Below are positions 18,926 to 30,838 of a stretch of DNA of 64,000 bases, piece after piece. The stretch comes from Acidimicrobiales bacterium (GTDB lineage Bacteria; Actinomycetota; Acidimicrobiia; Acidimicrobiales; CATQHL01): positions 1,274,483 through 1,338,482 of the forward strand of contig CBDBQD010000001.1 of NCBI GenBank assembly GCA_965209115.1, given 5' to 3'. Each line of letters starts with the position of its first letter. Position 1 is the first letter of the stretch. The position numbers and the translations under genes were made by a program. The notes below the pieces were generated by a model, which did no database searches, was not told the origin of the DNA, and was given only the letters and a program-made list of their open reading frames with translations.

Positions 18926-21900
18926 ACGCGCACCGGCGTCTACGCCGGCATCAGCAACAACGAGTACCGCGGGCTCATCGTCGACGCCTTCGAGACGACG
19001 GAGCCCGCGGCCGGCCTCTACTCGGTGACCGGCACGTCGTTCAACACGGCCATCGGGCGGGTCGCCTACGCGCTCGGCCTGCAGGGGCCGGCGATCGCCC
19101 TGGACACGGCCTGCTCGTCCTCACTCGTGGCGGTGCATCAGGCGGCGGTCGGTCTGCAGCGGGGCGAGGCGGACCTGGCGCTGGCGGGAGGGGTGCACGC
19201 CATCCTCTCGGGGCGCTACGTGGCCTGGTTGGACGAGCATGCCGCGGCGCCGGGGCCGGCCGGTTCGGTCGAGGAGCGGATTCTGGCCGACATGGCCTGG
19301 ACGGCGGGTGTCGGCCGCAGCCATCTGCCCCACCGTGCCGGCGTGGCGTTCACGGATGTGACGTCTCTGCGCTCGGCGCTCGAGGGACTGGCGGCGTCGC
19401 AGATCGACGACGGTGTGGCGGGCCTCGACGTGTCGGCACCGTCGTGCGGGCTGGTGAGCAGCATGACGGGTCGCCTGACCGAGCCCGGCGCGCCAGTCGA
19501 CGGCTCCTACTGGCGCCGGCAGGCGCGGGTGCCGGTGGCTCTCCGGGACTCGGTCGAGGCCTTGGCCGATCACGGCACCGAGATCGTGGTGGAGATCGGC
19601 CCGCACGCCGTGCTGGGGCCGATGGTGCTCATGTGCTGGCCGGAGCGGGTGCCCACCCAGCCGGGAGCCTCCAGAGACCGCCCGGCGGGCAGCCGGCTGA
19701 TGGACCGGCAGGCAGCGGCTTCGTCGAGGCTGTCGCCCGCCTCTGCGAGGCCGGGGCAGCGGTGGCGTTCGAAGGCCTGTTCGCCGGCGAGTTCCGGCGG
19801 CGCGTCGCCCTGCCCGGCTAGCCCTTCGAGCACCGCCGCCACTGGGTGACCGGCGCGCGCCGGTGCCGGTCCGCCGGCGGCCACCCCCTGCTGGGCGCCC
19901 GGCACGAGTCCCCGCGCGGCGAGACGCTGTTCGCCGGCGAGATCGCCGTCTCGGATCCGGCGTGGCTGGACGACCACCGGGTGTTCGGCCGCGTGCTGGC
20001 GCCGGGCGCACTCTTCGGCGCTATGGCGGCCTCCGCCGTCCGGCCCGAAGGCGGCGGGTCGATCGTCGTCGAGGACCTGCAACTCCGCAGCCCGCTGGTT
20101 CTCCCAGACACCGAGCAGGAGGACGATCCGGTGCAGCCCGTCAGGGACCTCCAACTCCTCCTGGAGGACGCCGGAGGCACCTCGCAGCGCAACTTCGAAG
20201 TCTTCAGCAGGAGTGCGGGCGAGGAGGGCTGGACGCTCCACGCCGAGGGCCGAGTGGGGGTCGACGCGGCTTCAGCGGAGTGCGCCCGGATCGACCCCGC
20301 GGCGCTCACCGCCGGTATGACCCCGGAGGATGTCTCGGCCTTCTACCGCTCCAAGGCGGACGAGGGCGTGCACCTGGGTCCACGGTTCCGCACCTCGCGG
20401 GCACTGTGGTCCGGTGACGGCGAGGCTGCCGGCGAGGTCGTGCTCCCGGAGTCGGCGGACCGCCGCGCCGCGGAGGTGCATCCGGTGCTCCTCGACGGCT
20501 GCCTCCAGGTGATGGCCACGGCCCGAAAGCGGTCCGGCCTCGAAGAGGACGGGGCCTACCTGGTGTTCGGCTGCGACCGCTTCTGGCTGGCCGAGGCGCC
20601 GGAGAGGGTGTTCTGCCACGCCCGCCTCAGGCCACCGTCGGAAGCGGCGACGTCGGGTGACGGGCCGCTGGAGGTCATCAGCGGGGATCTCCGGATCTAC
20701 ACCCTCGAGGGCACCGAGATCGGCGGTCTCAGCGGCTACGTCTCAGCGGCTACACGGTCAAGCGGGCGACGCGGGCCGCTCAGCTCTCGGCGACCGAGGG
20801 TGTCGGAGACCTCCTGTACGAGGTCGTCTGGCGGGATCGTGCGCCGGCGCAGGCGATGCCGCCCGCAGACTTCCTGCCCAGCCCCAAAGCCGTGGCAGCC
20901 GAGTCGGATCCGTTCTCGGCGTACCTGGTGGCCGAGGGCGTCGACGCGGCCGGCCGGGCAGCGCTGCTCGGCGACCTGGAGCGGCTGGCCTGGTCGTTTG
21001 CGCTCGTGACCCTCGAGCGGATGGGCTGGGATCGGCGAGCGGGCGAGACGCTGGAGCCCGAGTCGCTGCGGCAGCGGTTCGGCGTGGCGGAGGAGCATCG
21101 CAAGCTGTTCAGACGGATGTTCGAACTGTTGGCCGCCGCAGGCGTGCTGGAGATCCAGGGTGACGGCTTCGGCGTGGTGGTCGGCGCGGATGATCCGCTC
21201 CCCGCCGAGTTGCTGGCCGATCCCGAGGAGTTAGCGGACCGGATGGCCGCCCGGTACCCGCACGGCTCGAACGAGATCGGCTGTTCCGGCGCTCGGCGGG
21301 CGCGCTGGGGGACGTGCTGGCGGGGCGCGCCGATCCGCTGACCCTGCTGTTCAGCAGCGGGGAACCCACCGCCGCCGACCTGTACCGCAAGGCGCCGGTG
21401 GCCCGGGCCGCCAACCGGACGCTCCGCGACGCAGTGGCAAGACTCCTGAGCGCCCTGCCCGACGGGCGGCGGCTGCGCGTCCTGGAGGTCGGGGCCGGCA
21501 CGGGGTCGGCGACCGCCGCCGTCCCGCCAGAACTCCCCGAGGGTCGCTTCGACTACGTCTACACCTACGTCTACACCGACATCTCGGCGGGCTTCTTCGC
21601 CGAGGCCGAGGGGCAGTTCGGCGGAGCCGAGGCGGGGATCGACTACCGGGTGCTGGACATCGAGGTCGACCCGGTCGAACAGGGCTTCGACCGGCACGGC
21701 TACGACCTGGTGATCGCCTCGAACGTGCTGCACGCCACGCGCCTGCTGCCCGAGACCCTCGCGCACTGCCTGGAGGTGCTGGCGCCGTCGGGCTACCTGG
21801 TCGCGCTGGAGAACCTGCGCGGGCAGGGCTGGCTGGACCTCACGTTCGGCCAGCTCGACGGCTGGTGGCGGTTCGCCGACGACTACCGCCCGCACCACGC

Positions 21901-24900
21901 CCTGGCCGGCCCGGAGGTGTGGCGCCGGGCGCTCGCCGACGCCGGGTTCGCCGGCGCCGAGGTTCTGGGCCTGGAGACGTCCGACTCGACGGCGACACCC
22001 GACCGCGGCGTCATCATCGCCGCGGGACCGGCCGAGGTGACCGAGCCCGCCGGGCTCTGGGTGCTGGCGGCGGATCACAGCGGCGTGGCGGACGGCCTTG
22101 CGGCCGAGCTGGCGGCCCGCAACCAGGCCGTGGTCCTGGCCGGCTCCGCCGAGCCGGCCTCCAACGGCCTCGCGGGAGCCGAGGCACCCGGCATCTCCCG
22201 GCTGCAAGTGGAGCCCGAGCGGCGCGACTCGTGGCGCGCACTGCTGGAGGCACTCCCCGGCGATGTCCCGCTCTGCGGCGTCGTGCACCTCGTGGGGACC
22301 GACGGCCACGGCGCGGGAGCCACCACCGACGAACTGGCCGGCGACACGCGGCGCGCCGCCGCGAGCGCGCTGGCACTGCTGCAGGGCCTCGCCGATACCG
22401 ACGCCACGCCCGCCGGGGGTGTGTGGTTCGTGACCAGGGGCGCCCAGGTTCTGGAGAAGGAGCGGGCGGGCCAACTCGCCGGCGCCACCCTCTGGGGCCT
22501 CGGCAAGGTCGTGGCGCGGGAGGCCGCGCACCTGCAGCCCCGGATGATCGACCTGGATCCCGCGGCGGAGGTGCCCGTCTCGGAGTTGGCCGAAGAACTG
22601 CTGCATCCCGACGCCGAGACGCACGTCGCCTACCGGCTGGGGCGCCGCCAGACGGCCCGGCTGGTGCGGACCGGCACCGAGCCCGGGCGACTCACGGTGC
22701 CGGAGGAGTCCGGCTGGCTGATCGACCCCGACGAGGGAGGCGCGCTCGAGAACCTGCAGGTCGTGCGCCTGCCGGCGCGGTCCCTGCAGCCGAACGAGGT
22801 GCGGGTGGCGATCGAGGCGACAGGGTTGAACTTCTGGGACATGTTCCGCGCCCTCGCCGTTATCGACGAGGGGCTGCTGGGCGGCGAGTTCTGCGGCCGG
22901 GTGCTGGAGGTCGGCTCCGAGGTGTCAACCGTCGGCGAGGGTGATCTGGTGGTCGGTCTGGCCTTCGGTACGTTCGCCTCGGAGGTGATCACGCGGGCGG
23001 AGATGGTGACCCGGGCGCCCGAGGGCATCCCGGTGACGGCTCTGGCCACGATCCCGACGGCGTTCACGTCGGCCCAGCTGTCCTACGACCTGTCGGGCCT
23101 GCGGACCGGCGAGCGCGTGCTGATCCACGCCGGCGCGGGTGGCGTGGGGCTGGCGGCAATCCAGCTGGCGCAGGCGGCCGGGGCGGAGGTCTTCGCCACG
23201 GCCAGCGCTCCGAAGCGGGGGTATCTGCGCTCGCTCGGTGTCGAGCACGTCTTCGACAGCCGCAGCACCACCTTCGGCGAGCAGATCCTCGCGGCCACCG
23301 GCGGCGAGGGCGTCGACGTGGTGTTGAACAGCCTCACCGGCGAGGGCTTCATCGATGCCAGCCTGTCCTGCCTGGCGCACGGGGGCCGTTTCGTGGAGCT
23401 GGCCCGGGTCGGCATCCTGACCCCGGAGGAGATGGCCGCGGCGCGCTCCGACGTGGCCTACTCGATCCTCGAGCTGGACGTCCTCAAGGAGCACCGGCAA
23501 GCGGTGGCGGGCGACGCCCTGCGGCGCGTGATTGAGACGCTCGCCGCCGGGGGGGTGACGCCGCTGACCCACACCAGGTGGTCACTGGCCGAGGCCGAGG
23601 GTGGGATCAAGTTCATGCGGGCCGCACGGCACGTCGGCAAGATCGTGTTCACGACGTCGCCGATCGAGACGGGGCGCCTGCGCGGGGACCGCACCTACCT
23701 CGTCACCGGAGGCCTCGGCGGCATCGGCTGCGTCTTGGCCTCCTGGCTGGCAGAGCGGGGCGCCGGGGCGATCGTGCTGAACGGGCGCCGCGACCCCGCC
23801 CCCGAGGCCGCCGAGGCGATCGAGGCGCTCCGGGCAAGCGGCGCCACGGTCTCCGTCGAGCTGGCCGACGTGACCGACGCCGCGGCGCTGGATGCCATGC
23901 TCGAGCGGGTCGACGCCACGCTGCCGCCGCTCGGGGGCGTCATCCACAGCGTCGGCGTGCTGTCGGACGGAGCGCTCACGAACCAGACCTGGGAGAAGTT
24001 CACCGACGTGCTGTGGCCGAAGGTGCTCGGCGCCTGGCACCTGCACCGTGCCACCGCCGACCGCGACCTCGACCTGTTCGTGCTGTTCTCCAGCGTGGCC
24101 GGTGTGCTCGGCAACGCCGGCCCGGCGAACCACTCCGCGGCCAACGCCTTCCTGGACCAGCTGGCGGCCCACCGGCGCGCCCTGGGGCTCCCCGGCCAGA
24201 GCATCGCCTGGGGGGCCTGGTCGGGGCTCGGCGAGGCCGAGGAGCAGCGCGAGCGGATCGCACGCCAGCTGGAGGCGCAGGGCACCGGCTGGATCGCGCC
24301 CACCCAGGGCCTGCGGGCGCTGGAGGCTCTGATGCGCCAGGACCTCGCCGCCGGCATGGTGGCGGCGGTCGACTGGCAGGTGTTCTCGGAGAATCACGAG
24401 CAGCACCCCCCGTTGCTGGAGGATCTGCTCGAGCTGCCCGGCGACGGCGCGGACGCTTCGCAGGAGTCGCCGGAAGATCTGCTGGCCGGTGTCGCGGACG
24501 CTGCTCCGGCCGAGCGCACCCAGATGCTGGTGTCGTTCCTGCAGCGAGAACTCCAGGCGGTCATGCGCCTGCCGAACGCCCCCGCGCCGAACGTCGAGTT
24601 CTCCGACCTGGGGATGGACTCGCTGATGGCGGTGGAGATGCGCAACCGTGTCAACCGGGCGCTCGCCGGCCAGTACGTCGCCCCGAACACCGTCGTGTTC
24701 GACTACCCCAGCGTGGCGGGGCTCGCCGGCCATCTGGCGGCCGAACTCGGCGGCACCGGCGGATCCGAGCCGGCGCCCGCTCCCGCGGTGCCGCGAGCAC
24801 CGGTGCCGACCGGCGAGGATGCCATCGCCATCGTCGGGATGGCCTGCAGGTTCCCCGGGGCGAAGGACCTGGCCGACTTCTGGCGCCAACTGGAGGCGGG

Positions 24901-26661
24901 CGAGGACGCCGTGACGGATGGTCGCCGGGACGGGGGCCCGTGGACCGGCGTCGCCGGGGATCCGGCCAACGAGAGCGGCATCGAGCGGATCGGCGCCTTC
25001 GTGGAGGGAATCGACCGGTTCGACGCCAAGTTCTTCCGGATCGCGCCCATCGAGGCCAAGGCGATGGACCCCCAGCAGCGGCTGCTGCTGGAGACCAGCT
25101 GGCAGGCGGTCGAGGATGCGGGAATCTATCCGGAGTCGCTCAAGGGCAGCCGCACGGGTGTGTACGCGGGCATCGGCGGCAGCGAGTACCGGCGCCTGGT
25201 GAATGCGGCCGGACGGGAGGACGACTACCTCGGCACGACAGGAAGCGTGACCGTCGGACGGGTCGCCTTCGTGCTGGGCCTCGAGGGGCCGGCCGTCCCC
25301 GTCGACCTGGCGTGCGCCTCGTCGCTGGTCGCGGTGCACCAGGCGGTCGTGGGCCTCCAGCGCAACGAGGTGGACCTGGCCCGGGCCGGCGGCGTGAACA
25401 CCGTGCTGTCCCCGTCGGTGGCGCGTTTCCTGAACGACTTCGGGATGTTCTCGAGCGGCGGGCGGTGCGCGGCCTTCGACGCCGACGCCGACGGCTACGT
25501 GCGCGGCGAAGGTTGCGGCCTCGTCGTCCTGAAGCGGCTGAGCGAGGCGGAGGCCGACGGCGACCGGATCTGGGGCGTGGTGCGGGGCACCGCCGTGAAC
25601 CAGAACGGTGCAGGGTTGGGAATCACCGTGCCGAACGGGCGCGCCCAGGAGCGGGTGATGTCTGAGGCGCTGGCGCGGGCCGGCGTCGCGCCCGGCGACG
25701 TCGACTACCTGGAAGCGCACGGACCGGCGACGCAGATGGGCGACCCGATCGAGTTGCGCGCGGTGGCGAGTGTGTACGGGCAGGCACGTGAACCCGACCG
25801 CCCTGCTGGTCGGCTCGGTCAAGACGAACGTGGGGCATCTGGAATCGGCAGCGGGTGTTGCGGGCCTCATCAAGACGGTGCTCGCCATGCACCGCGGCGT
25901 GATCCCGCCGCACCTCCACTTCAACAACCCGACGCCGGAGGTCGACTGGGAGCGGTTGCCGCTGCGGATCACCTCCGAGGCGACGCGCTGGCCGCTCTCG
26001 CCGGACCGGCCACCGCTGGCCGGCGTGAACGTCTTCGGCATCTCCGGTGCGAACGCCCACGCGGTGGTCGAGGGCTACGGCACGCCCGGCGGAACAGAGG
26101 CCGACTCGAACGGTCGCCGGCCGGCCGGTGTGCCGGTGGCGGTGCCGGCGGAGGCGACCGGTGACGTGCCGGCGGCAGAGGAGCCGGTGTCACGCGGCCG
26201 GCCGGCTGCTGCCCCTGTCGGCGAAGACGCCGGAGGCCCTGGCAGAGCTGGCGGGCAGCTATCTCACCTGGCTGGAGGCATGCGCCGACGGCGCTGAGTC
26301 GGCGGCTTCGGCAGTGGACGGGACGCTGGCGGACATGGCTTGGACAGCCGGCGTGGGCCGGACTCACTTCGAGCACCGCGCCGGCTTGGTGTTCGGTGAC
26401 GGGGAATCGCTGCGCGCCGGCTTGGCCGCCGTCTCGGCGGGCGATCCGGTGCCGGACGGCGACCCGCCCGACCCCCACGGGATGCCTCCCGAGGAGGCCG
26501 ATGTCCTGGCGGCGGCCGAGGCGTACGAGGCGGGGCGGGAGGTCTCCTTCGAGCGGCTCTTCGCGGGAGAGACGCGGCGCAGGATCGCGCTACCCGGCTA
26601 CCCCTTCCAGCGCCTCCGCCACTGGGTCGACGCGCCTGGATTCCGGCCTTCGCCGGAATGA
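18926..26661 (+). pseudogene. type I PKS (KS-AT-DH-MT-ER-KR-ACP-KS remnants), sup-like, degraded
   Basis: DTACSSS, HRVFGRVLAPG, LEVGAGTG, IHAGAGGVG, TGGLGGIG, LGMDSL, DLACASS; in-frame TAG at 19819; several frameshifts; large deletions in KS1, AT1 and AT2. Confidence 0.9.
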
Positions 26662-26847
26662 CGAGTGTGGGGCCGGAATGACGAGTGTGGGGCCGGAATG
26701 ACGAGTGTGGGGCCGACGGGTGTGGGGCCGGGATGGCGGGAGTCGACTGGGTCGAGCCGCCTGGATTCCGGCCCCGGATCGAGTCCGGGGCAGGCTCTTC
26801 GCCGGCGCCCCGCCCCGAGTGTCATTCCGGCGTAGGCCGGAATCCAG
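26636..26847. repeat. REP cluster with 20-bp tandem expansion
   Basis: REP at 26636-26662; GCCGGAATGACGAGTGTGGG three times (26652-26711); long REP from 26761; inverted REP at 26821-26847. Confidence 0.88.
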
Positions 26848-26898
26848 AGTCTTGCGACTGAGCCTGCAGCCTGCCGCCTGCTCAGCGGCCTTCCGGAA

Positions 26899-27825
26899 TC
26901 AGTCCCAGTCGCCCGGGGACCACACGAGCGGGAACACGTCGCCGAACGACTCGAGTGTCTGGCCCGTCTGGGGCTCCTGCTCGCTCAGAGCCGGCGGATC
27001 GGGGACCGACTGGCCGAGGCGCTGTACGTAGCGCGTCCGCGGGCCGGCGAACAGCGCCGCATACGCCCGCCGATCAGCCTCGAGGGTCACGCCCTCCGGC
27101 GCACCGTGGAGAAGGTTCCCGCAGAACAGGATGACGTCGCCGGGCTCGTAGTCCCAGCCCATGACGTCGAAGGAGTCCCGATGGCGGGGCACGTCGGGCG
27201 TGGGGGGCAGCGACTTGTCCATCACGGTCCGGCGGTAGGCGAAGCCGTCGCCGCCCTTCTCGTAGACGCCGCGCTTGGCGGCTATGGCCATCCGCAGCGC
27301 GTTCTCCTCCTCGGACATGTCCGGGTCGCGGCCCACCATCGGACGGAAGGTCACACCCCAGCGGTGCGACCCGCGGACCACTTCGAGGCTGGCGCGGCGC
27401 GGCACGGGGTCGGGTGACACCCAGGCGCGCACCAAGTCCTCCCCCTCCACGTTGTGGTAGCTGATGTCCTGATGCCACGGGGTCGGCGCCATGGGGCCCG
27501 GACGACGGAAGAACATCTGGTCCATGTAGAAGCGCACCGGGGCGGCCAGCACCGAGCCCACCAGGCCGCCGACGGGCGACTCCTCGGCGAACCGGCGAAG
27601 GCCGGCGGACCGGGCCGCCAGCAGCTGGTCGGCGCGCACCGTCGCCCCGCGGGACACCACCTCGCTGGAGTGGTGATCGCGCTCGGTGAAGCACTCCTCC
27701 AGACCGTCGGCAACCAGGTCCAACCACTCGGCTGCCAGCACGTCCCGGAGCAGGACCGCGCCGTCGCGGTGGAACGCCGCTATCTCTGCGTCGGTGACAG
27801 CCCGTGCGGCAGGGGCGGCGGTCAT
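26899..27825 (-). CDS. phytanoyl-CoA dioxygenase (PhyH) family Fe/2OG enzyme
   Basis: TPWHQD, LEVVRGSHRW, PGDVILF...LHG. Confidence 0.88.
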   Translation of the reverse strand: MTAAPAARAVTDAEIAAFHRDGAVLLRDVLAAEWLDLVADGLEECFTERDHHSSEVVSRGATVRADQLLAARSAGLRRFAEESPVGGLVGSVLAAPVRFYMDQMFFRRPGPMAPTPWHQDISYHNVEGEDLVRAWVSPDPVPRRASLEVVRGSHRWGVTFRPMVGRDPDMSEEENALRMAIAAKRGVYEKGGDGFAYRRTVMDKSLPPTPDVPRHRDSFDVMGWDYEPGDVILFCGNLLHGAPEGVTLEADRRAYAALFAGPRTRYVQRLGQSVPDPPALSEQEPQTGQTLESFGDVFPLVWSPGDWD

Positions 27826-27921
27826 CGCTCGCACCGTGCCCGAAGGGCCGTCACCAAGATCGCTCCGGGTCGGCGGCGGGGTGCCGCGGCTCAGATTGTC
27901 GGGAGCACCGCTCCCGCGCGC

Positions 27922-28167
27922 TCAGCCTGCGTGAGCGTCGAGGTGGGCGATCAGGTCGCCCGGCGTGAGCAGTTCGGCGAAGTCCTCAGCGGAGATGTCC
28001 ACGCCGAACTCCTCGCACACGACCCTCCAGAACGCCACCACGTCGGTGGAGCTGACCCCGGCGTCCACGATGCTGAGATCCATCGTCAACGGCTGGTCTG
28101 CCGTTCGCCCTTCGACGTCCAGGTTTGCGTCGACGAGCGCTCGAACCCGTTCTTCAGTGGTGGCCAT
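27922..28167 (-). CDS. free-standing acyl carrier protein (SupB-like)
   Basis: 81 aa acidic protein, DAGVSSTD phosphopantetheinylation-type site, EEFGVDI; purine-rich RBS. Confidence 0.8.
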   Translation of the reverse strand: MATTEERVRALVDANLDVEGRTADQPLTMDLSIVDAGVSSTDVVAFWRVVCEEFGVDISAEDFAELLTPGDLIAHLDAHAG

Positions 28168-29007
28168 TGTCGGCCCTCTTTCTTGTGATGCTGACAACGA
28201 ACCGGCGCGGTCTAGTGGAATTCCGAGAGCGCAACTGCCCTCGGAGCAGTCGACAGCGGCGTCGGCTCGCTGCTTCGACAGCGTGGCACCTCGGTCGGCC
28301 GTCTCGTGGGCCTCCTGGGCCAAGGCGGCGGCGAATCGCCGGTCGTCGATGGCGGTGAGCCGCAACCTCGCCTCGGAGATCTCAGGGATCCGCAGGACGC
28401 CCCGACTCTTGCCCGAGCGGATCGCCGCAGGAATCTCGAAACGCGACACGTCGAAGGAAAGCCCCGTGCCGAGCGCCTTGGCCGCGGCTTCCTTGAGCGT
28501 CCAGAGGCGGTAGAACAGTCGAGTCCTTGCGTCGCCGGCCACGGCGGCCAGGTCGGCCCGTTCATCGGGGCCGAACACTGCCTCGGTGAGTCGATCGAAG
28601 TCGTGGCGGGGGACGCGCTCCTCCAGGTCGACCCCGACGCGCCCGCCCGGTGCCAGGGCGATCAACCCGTGCCGCCCGCTGTGGCTGACGTTGAAGCCGA
28701 CGTCGACCGGCCGGCCGTCCAGGAGGGCGAATGGCTTGCCCCCGTCGGCGGTACCGAACGAGAGCTATGCGTTGTCGCAACCCAGATCTGTGCACAGCAG
28801 CGATCGGAGTGCGGCGCGGCACAGCACGAAGCGACGGCGCGCCGGTGCATGCTGGAACCTCTCGGAGCGGGACCGCTCGGCGGAGTCGAGCCAAGCCAAC
28901 CCGGCGGCCTCGCGACGTTCGTGCGGCGCCAGATCGACATGAATGACGCCCGCCCCGTTGACCTGCCTGAATGGTTCTCACCAGCGGTCGGGGACTGACG
29001 GATCCAC
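28168..29007 (-). pseudogene. 4'-phosphopantetheinyl transferase (Sfp/SupC-like) with two premature stops
   Basis: GKP, FNVSHS, GVDLE, WTLKEA in one frame, interrupted by TGA (28978-28980) and TAG (28765-28767). Confidence 0.85.
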
Positions 29008-29083
29008 CGCGGGCAGGCTACCGCCGGGCGCTGAGCCGCCCGCCGGTGCCGGGTATCGGCTCGGCTCCGGTATGGTCGCCCTC

Positions 29084-29299
29084 ATGGGATACCGGGTGAC
29101 GATCGATCAGGACGAATGCATGAGCGTCGGGCGCTGCGTGGCCGACTTCCCGTCGGCGTTCGGCTTCGACGACGACGAGTTGGCCACGGTGCTGCCGACC
29201 GCCGCCGAGCTGAGCGACCAGCAACTCCTGCGGGCGGCCCGCAACTGCCCCAGCCGGGCGATCACGGTCATCGACGCCGACGGCAACGAGGTCTCCTAG
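29084..29299 (+). CDS. ferredoxin (3Fe-4S type)
   Basis: CMSVGRC...CPSRAI. Confidence 0.85.
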   Translation: MGYRVTIDQDECMSVGRCVADFPSAFGFDDDELATVLPTAAELSDQQLLRAARNCPSRAITVIDADGNEVS

Positions 29300-29324
29300 C
29301 CCGTCCGGCGCGTTCGAGCAGATC

Positions 29325-29690
29325 GTGTCCGAGCCGGAGACCGTCGTCGGGATCTTCGACGCCGACGGCGGGCTGCGCGGCGAGCTGCGCTACGTGATCG
29401 ACAAGCTCGGCGGGCGCGGGCATTGCGCTCTCTGCGACATCACCCACGGTCTGAACCCACTGGGGAAGCGGTCCTTCAAGGAGGCCTGCGCGGCGGCCGG
29501 CGTGACCATGACGCTGTTGCATCGCGACGAGGCCTCGCCGGAGCAGTTGGCGGTGGCGGGGGAGTTGCCGGCGGTGCTGGCATGCGCGGGCGCGACCTAC
29601 AGGGTCCTGATCCCCGCGGGGGATCTGGCTGACTGCGAGGGCAACCCCGTCGAACTCTTGGAGCTCGTCAAGACGCGTTGGGCGCGCTGA
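29325..29690 (+). CDS. conserved hypothetical protein with CxxC motif
   Basis: DADGGLRGEL, HCALCDITHG. Confidence 0.75.
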   Translation: MSEPETVVGIFDADGGLRGELRYVIDKLGGRGHCALCDITHGLNPLGKRSFKEACAAAGVTMTLLHRDEASPEQLAVAGELPAVLACAGATYRVLIPAGDLADCEGNPVELLELVKTRWAR

Positions 29691-29846
29691 ACGGAAGCAG
29701 ATTCCTCCCTGTGGAGGCTACGGCCTGTGCCCGGCCGACACCGCGCCTGACGGGCGTGCCTTTCGGGTGAAGGGCACGATGACCTGCGAGACCCGTTCTC
29801 GCCGGCGTGGCCTATGGGACCGCCGACAATCGGACGCGACGGACCC

Positions 29847-29868
29847 TGTCACAGGGCGCCGCTACTCT
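29847..29868 (+). promoter_or_regulatory. RecA-NDp/PafBC-type promoter motif preceding a leaderless ATG
   Basis: TGTCAC-N10-TACTCT-N7-ATG(29876). Confidence 0.55.
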
Positions 29869-29875
29869 GCCCAGC

Positions 29876-30838
29876 ATGAGCGAACGATTGTTCGACTTGC
29901 CTGCCGGAGGTCCTCCCAGGTCGAGGAGTGAGCGGTCAGCGTCGGGGGCGATGGAGCGCCGCGAGCAGTTGGGCTCGGCGATGGCGTACCAGCGGGTGGC
30001 CGCTGCTGATGCTGAGCCGATGCGTCAGTTGGGCGATTCGGTGCTGATATGTGGGCCGGCCCTGGAGGGGCTGGACATGCTGCCGGATCGCAGCGTGCGC
30101 ACGGTGGTGACGTCGCCGCCGTATTGGTCGCTTCGCGACTACGAGGCGGCTGGGCAGATCGGCCGGGACGACGCGCTGGGCGATTACGTCAAGAGCATTG
30201 CGGTGACCTTCGACAAGGTGCGCCGGGTGCTCACTGATGACGGGACGGTGTGGCTCAACGTGGGCGACAGCTACACCTCGGGCAACCGCCGCTACCGGGC
30301 GCCGGATCGCAAGAACCGGGCGCGGGCGATGCGGGTTCGCCCGCCGACGCCCGAGGGCCTCAAGCCGAAGGACTTGATCGGGGTTCCGTGGCGCCTTGCG
30401 CTGGCGCTGCAGGACGCGGGATGGTGGCTGCGCTCGGAGGTGATCTGGCACAAGCCCAACGCGCACCCCGAGTCGGTGAAGGACCGGCCAACCAAGGCCC
30501 ACGAGACGGTGTTCTTGTTGTCCAAGAGCCAGGACTACTACTACGACGTTGACGCGGTGCGGGGATCCAACGACCGACGTCTGCGTACCGTGTGGGACAT
30601 CAACACGGAGCCCCGCCGGCCCGCCGACAGCGGCGTCGAGGACCATCCAGCGGTGATGCCTCTGACGCTGGCCCGCCGGTGCGTGATGATCACCAGCGAG
30701 TCCGGCGATGTCGTGCTTGACCCTTACGCCGGCTCGGGAACGACGTTGCTGGCCGCTCGTGAGTTGGATCGCCGCTGGGTGGGAATCGAGTTGAACCCTG
30801 CCTTCGTCGATCTGATCGAGTATCGCCTGGCGCGGTGA
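29876..30838 (+). CDS. site-specific DNA methyltransferase, N4C/N6A beta class (M.SmaI/M.Cfr9I-like)
   Basis: TSPPY motif IV precedes HPAVMP and VLDPYAGSGTT motif I; KPKDLIGVPW. Confidence 0.92.
   Translation: MSERLFDLPAGGPPRSRSERSASGAMERREQLGSAMAYQRVAAADAEPMRQLGDSVLICGPALEGLDMLPDRSVRTVVTSPPYWSLRDYEAAGQIGRDDALGDYVKSIAVTFDKVRRVLTDDGTVWLNVGDSYTSGNRRYRAPDRKNRARAMRVRPPTPEGLKPKDLIGVPWRLALALQDAGWWLRSEVIWHKPNAHPESVKDRPTKAHETVFLLSKSQDYYYDVDAVRGSNDRRLRTVWDINTEPRRPADSGVEDHPAVMPLTLARRCVMITSESGDVVLDPYAGSGTTLLAARELDRRWVGIELNPAFVDLIEYRLAR

Noticed and set aside
26652-26740. Possible CRISPR array
   Set aside because: Exact 20-bp tandem repeat derived from a REP arm, with no spacers
28978-28980. TGA in the PPTase as selenocysteine
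   Set aside because: It follows Trp in a non-redox context (probably TGG to TGA), and a second in-frame TAG shows the gene is a pseudogene
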